From contig CAXXVD010000002.1 of assembly GCA_963662335.2 (NCBI GenBank), positions 512,001 to 576,000 on the forward strand: DNA of 64,000 bases. The letters are read 5' to 3'. The stretch comes from Chloroflexota bacterium. Lineage in GTDB: Bacteria > Chloroflexota > UBA11872 > VXOZ01. Position numbers and translations under genes: made by a program. Shown here piece by piece: positions 57,991-64,000 of the stretch. Position 1 is the stretch's first letter, and each line of letters starts with the position of its first letter. The notes beneath the pieces were generated by a model. The model was not told where the DNA came from. It did no database searches and saw only the letters and a program-made list of their open reading frames with translations.

Positions 57991-58018
57991 CGTAGGAGAG
58001 GGTAAGGGCAAAGCGGCG

Positions 58019-59503
58019 CTAGTGCCGCACGTCGGCGTCGCTGTACTCGGTGCGGAAGCCGGCGTGGTTGGCGGCCGTATTGCGGCGGTCGGCGGTGGTA
58101 TCGCCCTGGGGCTCGCGCGCCGGCAGGTCGCCGTCTTCCAGGTAGACCGAGTCCCGCGACCGGTGCCGCGCCCGCAGTTCCTCCCGCAGTTCCCGCTTCT
58201 TCGCGGCGAAACGCGCCTCGTGGGCCAGGTTGTGCAATTCCGACGGGTCGTCGGCCAGGTTGAAGAGATGTTCCGTCGCCCCCTCCGGGTACCAGATGTA
58301 CTTCCATTGGCCGTCCGTGATTGCCAGGTAGACGCACGGGATGCGTTCCGCCTGGGGCCAGCGGGGGCCGCTCATGCCTTCCAGGTAGCGGCGGGGTTCT
58401 GCCAGTTCGCCCCGCGCCAGCGCTATCAAGTCCTGCCCGTCGGTGTCGCCTGGCGGCTCGCCACCAGCTACTCCAACCAGCGTCGGCAGAATATCCGCGT
58501 GCGTTACCGGCGCGTCCACCGTCGTACCGTGGCGGCGGTTCTCCCAACTCTGCGGCATACGCACGATGAACGGCACATGGGCGGACGGTTCGTAGAAGAA
58601 GGTCTTGGCGCCGTTGCGCTGGTCGCCCAGCATTTCGCCGTGGTCGGAGGCGAACATAATGAACGTGTCGTTGAAGAGGCCGCAGTCCTCCAGGGCGCTG
58701 ATCAGGCGGCCGATCACGTTGTCGATCTGCGTGATAAGCCCGTAGTAGACGGCCCGCGCCGCGCGTATCGTCTCCGCGGGAATGTCCTCGAACGCCCGCC
58801 GCTGCGCCTGGCGTTGAAACGAAACGGGGCAGTCCGCGCTCTCGCGCCACACGCCTACGGCCGGCTCAGGTATGGGCGAATTCTGGTACATGGAGTAGTA
58901 CGGCTCCGGCGCGTCCAGCGGCGGGTGCGGCTTGGCGAACGAGCACCAGAGGAAGAACGGTAGCGTCGGATCCCGGCGCACCAGGATGTATTCCACGCAC
59001 TGCTCGGCGATCCAGGAAGTCAGGGTCAGGCTCTCCGGCACCGTTGCCAGGGTGGGATAGAGTTCGTTCTGGCCGAGGCCGTGGTGCATCGGTTGCTGGG
59101 CGTGGCCGGCGTGGCGCATGGCGCGGTAGTAGTCGTCGGGGAGGATCATCTCCTCGAAGCCGTGGCGCACGCGCTGCGGCCCGAAGTGCATCTTGCCGAT
59201 GGCGGCGGTCTGATACCCGCACGCGCGCAGGTAGGTAGGCAGGGTGCCCGCCCGGCCCATCACGTTGGAAGTTTGGTCGTTGTTGGCCACGCCGTGGGTG
59301 AAGACCTGCGTGCCGGTCATGATGCCCACCCGCGCCGGCACGCAGAGCGGACAATCGGCGTAGGCGCGGGTGAACTGCACGCCCTGATAGCCCAGCAGGT
59401 CGATGTGCGGCGTGCGCAGGAACGGCGGTTTGGCCGCGCCGACGGTGTCGAACCGCTGCTGGTCGGTAGTAATGAGCAGGATGTTGGGCTGACTGGCGGA
59501 CAC
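58019..59503 (-). CDS. Sulfatase (formylglycine-dependent)
   Basis: PNILLITTDQQR, CVPAR (CxPxR), IGKMH, KPHPP and SDHG. Confidence 0.92.
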   Translation of the reverse strand: MSASQPNILLITTDQQRFDTVGAAKPPFLRTPHIDLLGYQGVQFTRAYADCPLCVPARVGIMTGTQVFTHGVANNDQTSNVMGRAGTLPTYLRACGYQTAAIGKMHFGPQRVRHGFEEMILPDDYYRAMRHAGHAQQPMHHGLGQNELYPTLATVPESLTLTSWIAEQCVEYILVRRDPTLPFFLWCSFAKPHPPLDAPEPYYSMYQNSPIPEPAVGVWRESADCPVSFQRQAQRRAFEDIPAETIRAARAVYYGLITQIDNVIGRLISALEDCGLFNDTFIMFASDHGEMLGDQRNGAKTFFYEPSAHVPFIVRMPQSWENRRHGTTVDAPVTHADILPTLVGVAGGEPPGDTDGQDLIALARGELAEPRRYLEGMSGPRWPQAERIPCVYLAITDGQWKYIWYPEGATEHLFNLADDPSELHNLAHEARFAAKKRELREELRARHRSRDSVYLEDGDLPAREPQGDTTADRRNTAANHAGFRTEYSDADVRH

Positions 59504-59819
59504 GGTTAGCGATTCCCTCTACTCTACGGGCTGGCAGGCGTATGTACATGTCATTCCGAGCGCAGCGAGGAATCTAGAGATGCCGGTCTTGTAAGGCTGC
59601 ACCCTAGATTCCTCGCTGCGCTCGGAATGACATGTGAATTCGGCTATTGAATACATACACCTGTTAGCCCACTATGGGGCACGAGCGGGGCCGGCCACGC
59701 GCGATACCCCGCTCGCCATTGCAAATGCCGCTTCAAGACCCCGGTGCGTGCGGCCACGCGCGCGGCGGCCAAACCGGCGGGCGCGGCATGCGCCAATTCA
59801 CCTTGGCGCAACAGACAGC

Positions 59820-59847
59820 GGCGGGGTCGGGCGCGCCCGACCCCGCC
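59820..59847. terminator. GC-rich hairpin downstream of SBP gene
   Basis: GGCGGGGTCGGGCGCGCCCGACCCCGCC is a perfect palindrome with no clear T-tract. Confidence 0.4.
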
Positions 59848-59878
59848 TGCGCTCCTTTGCTACGTTCTTTGCGGCAGG

Positions 59879-61279
59879 CTAGCTGCCTCCCGCAAAGTAG
59901 GCCGCCATCTCATCGGTGATGAGCTTCTGGAACCAGTCCGCGTACTCGCGGGTGTCGATCTGGCCCAATTGGTACTGTTCGCGGTAGCGCGGCCGCGCCT
60001 CGTTGCGGATCTTCTCCCAGGCGCTGTACTTCAACATGCCCCAGCCGTGGGGGCGCGTCTGCTGCGCTTGCAGGAAGTACGCCTTGGGATCGATGCCAAG
60101 CTGGTTGCGGAACTCGGCCTGGGACACCTCGGAGTACGCCGGGTCCAGGAAGGGCGAGACCACGTGGCCGGCGGTGCGCGGGAAGCGGCCGGCGTTCTCC
60201 GGCGTCATGAACCAGCGGAAGACCGTCCAAATCGCGTCTTTGGCATCCTCGTTGCCGATCTGCAGGCCGTGATTGGAGATGCGGGCCGAGCGGCTGGGGC
60301 CGTCGCCGTCGTAGGGCAGGGTGCCGGCGGCCCAGTTGAAGTTGGTGTCCTGGTTGATGAAGGAGACCTGCATGCCGATCTTGCCGGTCACGAAGGTATT
60401 CATGCGCTGGCCGCCCTTCAACTCGTTGGCCTCGTCCGGGTTGGGCTGCACGTGGTACTTGACCTCGGTGACGTCCCGCCAGAACTCGAGCCCCTGCATG
60501 ATGCCGGGCGAGTTGATGAAGGCGACCTTCTCGTTGTCGTCCCACGGGCCCTGGCCGAAATACGTGCCGGTGGTCTCGCCGGCCGCGTTGCCGCCGCCCA
60601 GGCTGCCGCCAAAGCCGAACTGGCCGTCGCCGGTCAGCTTCTGGGCGTATTCGAGGAAGGTGTCCATGTTCCACCACTTGGCGTTCACGTCCACCGGCGG
60701 CTCCTGCAGGCCGGCCTCGGCAAACATGTCCTTGTTGTAGGCCATGGCGTCGGACGAGGTGCTGATGGGCATGCCACCGAGCACGCCGTCCAGCACCCAT
60801 TCGAACAGCGACGACTCGATGTACATCTCCCCCGGCACGAGTTTGTCGGCCTTGAAGAACTCGGTCAGATCGAGGATGGCGCCGGCCTGGTACATGCGGT
60901 CCCAGGTGAGCCAACCGTTGTGGACGAAGTCGAACGAGACGCCGCCGGCGTGGGCGGTCATGAACTTCTCGTAGACGCCGCGCCAACCGCCGGCTTGGCC
61001 GGCGACCTCGACCTGGATGTCGGTGTGCTGGTCGTTGAAGTCGTTGAAGATGGCGATTTCCTTCTCCTGCCGCGCCGGGCTTTCCGGCGAGGCGTAGACG
61101 AGGGTCACCACCTCTTTGGCCTCGGGCTGGGCGGCCTCGGCCTCAGTGGAAGAATCTTCCGCCGCGGGCGCCGCTTCACCGGCCATCTGCGCCTGCCCGC
61201 AGGCGGCGAAAAGGCCGGCAACGCCAATGGTAGCGCCGGTACCAAGAATGCGTCTTCGCGTAAGGTGCACGTTCGCCAT
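59879..61279 (-). CDS. Carbohydrate ABC solute-binding lipoprotein (Tat signal)
   Basis: TRRRIL, FAAC lipobox, YNKDMFAEAGL and WNMDTFL. Confidence 0.87.
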   Translation of the reverse strand: MANVHLTRRRILGTGATIGVAGLFAACGQAQMAGEAAPAAEDSSTEAEAAQPEAKEVVTLVYASPESPARQEKEIAIFNDFNDQHTDIQVEVAGQAGGWRGVYEKFMTAHAGGVSFDFVHNGWLTWDRMYQAGAILDLTEFFKADKLVPGEMYIESSLFEWVLDGVLGGMPISTSSDAMAYNKDMFAEAGLQEPPVDVNAKWWNMDTFLEYAQKLTGDGQFGFGGSLGGGNAAGETTGTYFGQGPWDDNEKVAFINSPGIMQGLEFWRDVTEVKYHVQPNPDEANELKGGQRMNTFVTGKIGMQVSFINQDTNFNWAAGTLPYDGDGPSRSARISNHGLQIGNEDAKDAIWTVFRWFMTPENAGRFPRTAGHVVSPFLDPAYSEVSQAEFRNQLGIDPKAYFLQAQQTRPHGWGMLKYSAWEKIRNEARPRYREQYQLGQIDTREYADWFQKLITDEMAAYFAGGS

Positions 61280-61448
61280 GGCTGCTGCCTCCTGTGCGCT
61301 TCAGCGCTCGTTCCCTGGCAACGATGGGCGGGATTCGGTATCCGCCGCCGCTGCTGCTGGCAGTATAGTTTTGTGGTTCTCGCGTTGTCAAGAGGATAGG
61401 AGCATAGCGGCGGTTCTCGGCGCGGCGGCTTTGCGGGACTGTGCTACG

Positions 61449-61598
61449 TGTCATACTGAGGGTATCGTTTCCTGTCATACCAAGGCCGCCGCCCGCTGTC
61501 ATGCCGAGGGCCGCCGCCCGCTGTCATTCCGAGCGCAGCGAGGAATCTAGTGCATCCGCGCGCGAGATTCCTCGTCGCTGCGCTCCTCAGAATGACAG
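61449..61598. repeat. REP-B pair preceded by three degenerate 24-25 bp tandem copies of its TGTCAT end
   Basis: TGTCAT at 61449, 61473, 61497 and 61522. Confidence 0.7.
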
Positions 61599-61836
61599 TT
61601 GACGGTTTCCAGAGTTATTGCCATTGCAGCGCGGCGGCCACACAAGGAATGAAGAGTGAAATCACTTCTCTCCGTTCGTGCTGAGTGCTGCGCGAAGCCC
61701 TTGTCGAAGCATGAACGGAGAGAAGCGCGGGCGTAGCTGTAAACCGCTTTCTCCGCCGTTCACCCTTCGACAAGCTCAGGGCGAACGGCTTAGTCGCGCT
61801 ATTTCCAGGGGAAGTGTCTTTCGAGGGCTGAAGTTC

Positions 61837-63243
61837 CTACCGCGCTTCGCCGCTGCCCAATTCGCCTTCCAGGTAGTCCACGAACTGGCGCGCGGTGCGG
61901 CCGGAGAAGCCGTTCTGCTGCTGCGCCCAGGTGACGGCGCGGGCGCGGAGGGCCGCTCCTCCAAGCGAGAGATTGCGCTGCGCGGCGAGGGCAGCGACGA
62001 TCGCCAGGTATTGCGCTTGCGTCGGCGCCGTGAACGCGATGCGGATGCCGAAGCGGTCGCTGAGGGAAAAGGTCTCTTGCAGCGTCTCTTTTGGGTGGAC
62101 TTCACCATCGAGAATCCCCGCGCGGTCTGAAAAATTCTCGCGCACGAGGTGGCTGCGGTTCGAGGTGGCGTAGATGACCACGTTGCGGGGCTGCGCCGCC
62201 ACGCTGCCTTCCAGGATCGCCTTCAAGGCCTTGTAGTCGGTCTCGTGCGGCTCGAAACTGAGATCGTCGACGAAAACGACGAATGACTGCGGCCTTGCGC
62301 GCAGAATCTCCACAATGCGGGCAAAGTCGCCGAGATCGTCTTTGGCGACTTCGATGAGGCGCAGGCCGCGGCCGGCGTAGCGGTGCAGCAGCGCCTTGAT
62401 GGACGAGGACTTGCCCGTGCCCCGGTCGCCGCAGAGCAGCACGTTGTTGGCGCGGTAGCCAGCCAGCAGGTGCTCCGTATTCTGCCGCAGAAGCCCCCGC
62501 TGGCGGTCGTCGCCGATGAGTTCCTCCAGGCGAATTGGGTCAGGATGCGGCACGCCGCGCAAGCGGCCGCCCTGGGTGGAGTGTTCCCAGCGAAAGGCGC
62601 GGTAGCGGGCAAAGTCGCCGGTGCCGTGCCGGTGGTAGTGGGCGGCCAGGAGCGGCACGGCCTGGCGCCAATCCGTCATAGCCGCAAGCGCGCGATGGGT
62701 CTCCGCCACCGGCGCGTGGTTGGCGGACGGGCCTAGGGGTTGGAAGTCCTCCCAGGCCAGATACGGCAGCGCCTCGTCCCAGCCTTGCGCGTGCGCGAAT
62801 GACCGCAAAGCGCTGGCCGCGAGCGCAAAGGCCCCTTGGAGAATCGCGAGATCTTGTTCCGCCAACGCGGTGAGCGCGGGGCTGAGGCCGTCCGGGCCGG
62901 TGAACGCGGCCTTGCGCGAAAAGGCGTTCTCGGCTTCCAGGATGCGCGTCAGGAGAAAACCTTGCCAGGCGTCGCAACGCCAGGCGTCGCCATGGGGCTG
63001 CGGCGCCGCTTGCAGTTCCGCGTAAGCGGCCAGCAGACCGCTGAGTTGCGCGGCCGCGGCCGTGAACTGGGCGGCCGATTCGCCCGCGGCCGCGTGCCGC
63101 AGCAGTGCGGCGTAGCCCTGCCCGATCGGCTCGTCCAGGACGTCGGTGTAAAGGGCAAGCCGCTCGAGGCCCCCGAGAACGGCGCGCGCCTGCGCGGAAG
63201 CGCTGTGCGTGCCGGCGAGTGTGCGCAAGGCAGTCTCACGCAT
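61837..63243 (-). CDS. DUF815-family AAA+ ATPase
   Basis: ANNVLLCGDRGTGKSS, FVDDLSFE, YKALKAILEG, YATSNR, SLSDRFG and SGRTARQF. Confidence 0.88.
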   Translation of the reverse strand: MRETALRTLAGTHSASAQARAVLGGLERLALYTDVLDEPIGQGYAALLRHAAAGESAAQFTAAAAQLSGLLAAYAELQAAPQPHGDAWRCDAWQGFLLTRILEAENAFSRKAAFTGPDGLSPALTALAEQDLAILQGAFALAASALRSFAHAQGWDEALPYLAWEDFQPLGPSANHAPVAETHRALAAMTDWRQAVPLLAAHYHRHGTGDFARYRAFRWEHSTQGGRLRGVPHPDPIRLEELIGDDRQRGLLRQNTEHLLAGYRANNVLLCGDRGTGKSSSIKALLHRYAGRGLRLIEVAKDDLGDFARIVEILRARPQSFVVFVDDLSFEPHETDYKALKAILEGSVAAQPRNVVIYATSNRSHLVRENFSDRAGILDGEVHPKETLQETFSLSDRFGIRIAFTAPTQAQYLAIVAALAAQRNLSLGGAALRARAVTWAQQQNGFSGRTARQFVDYLEGELGSGEAR

Positions 63244-64000
63244 GGGGCAGCCACTTCGCCGCCCAGCGCCGCCACGGGTCGTGGGTCTCCTGCATCCAGA
63301 GCAGCAGGCGGCGCTGCAGGTCGCGGCGGATGTCCCCGTACGCTGGCTCCTCCAACCGGTTTGTTAGCTCATGGGGATCGCGTTCCAGGTCGTAGAGTTC
63401 GTCGACGGCGTGCGGATTATAGACGTACTTGAAGTTTTGAAAGCGGATCAGGCGTGATGTGAACAGCCCAACCTCGTCGCCATGAAACTCGCAGCCCAAG
63501 ACCTCCCGCCAGGATGCGTGCTGGGGGTCGCGCCACAGCGGCTGTAGCGCGTCACCGTCGAGATTGTCGGGAATGGGGAGATTTGCGGCCTGCAATATGG
63601 TGGGCATGATGTCGATGAGGCTGGTGAATTGCGCGGTTGTGGAACCGGGGGGTGTATGTCCCGGCCAGCGCATGATCATGGGAATGTGGTAGACCTCCTG
63701 GTAGAGCAGGGGGCCTTTGTTGAATTGGCCGTGGCTGCCGGTGAAGTCGCCGTGGTCGGTGTTGAAGATGACAAGCGTTTCATCCCGGATGCCCAGGTCG
63801 TCGAGCGTTTGCAGCAGCTTGGCAAACAGTTCATCCAGGAAACTCACGAAGCCAAAGTACTTGGCGACGGCCGGCTGCCAGTCCTCCCAGGTGAAGTCCT
63901 GCACGCCCCGGTGGTACTTGTGCCGTATGTGCACCTGCGGCTTATTCTCAAAGGTGTCGTGGAAATTCGGCCACGGCGGGATCTCGTCCGGGTCATAGCG
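63236..64000 (-). CDS. Sulfatase-like hydrolase (C-terminal part; start lies outside the window)
   Basis: VIFNTDHGD, HIPMIMRWP, DIMPTIL and ELYDLERDPHELTN. Confidence 0.85.
   Translation of the reverse strand, partial: RYDPDEIPPWPNFHDTFENKPQVHIRHKYHRGVQDFTWEDWQPAVAKYFGFVSFLDELFAKLLQTLDDLGIRDETLVIFNTDHGDFTGSHGQFNKGPLLYQEVYHIPMIMRWPGHTPPGSTTAQFTSLIDIMPTILQAANLPIPDNLDGDALQPLWRDPQHASWREVLGCEFHGDEVGLFTSRLIRFQNFKYVYNPHAVDELYDLERDPHELTNRLEEPAYGDIRRDLQRRLLLWMQETHDPWRRWAAKWLPHA

Overview
GC-rich bacterial chromosome segment. The lineage is probably Chloroflexota; this is inferred from the T-box-controlled trp operon, monoderm-type Tat lipoprotein solute-binding proteins, and many sulfatases and hydrolases. 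Core genes: dnaE, an LCP protein, tRNA-Gly(TCC), hisC-hppA, smpB, and a T-box-led trpE-G-D-C-F-(DUF2281)-trpS-trpB-trpA operon. Accessory genes: a metal-chelate ABC cluster with Fur-like boxes, three paralogous binding proteins and a degenerate CbiX/[2Fe-2S] ferredoxin fusion; mazEF; Uma2; duplicated alpha/beta hydrolases; and a probable amino-sugar-acid catabolic cluster built around an HTH-fused SelA/DgaE-like enzyme. The most striking non-genic structure is a layered repeat system. At least six families of REP-like palindromes are present. Two families of non-autonomous, IS4-like MITEs (about 195 bp and about 147 bp) sit in the centres of these palindromes with 10-11 bp target duplications, and each MITE carries REPs as cargo. 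There are also REP-anchored tandem amplifications and REPs recruited into coding sequence. No transposase, integrase, CRISPR array or rRNA gene was seen. All calls come from reading the sequence; no database searches were run.
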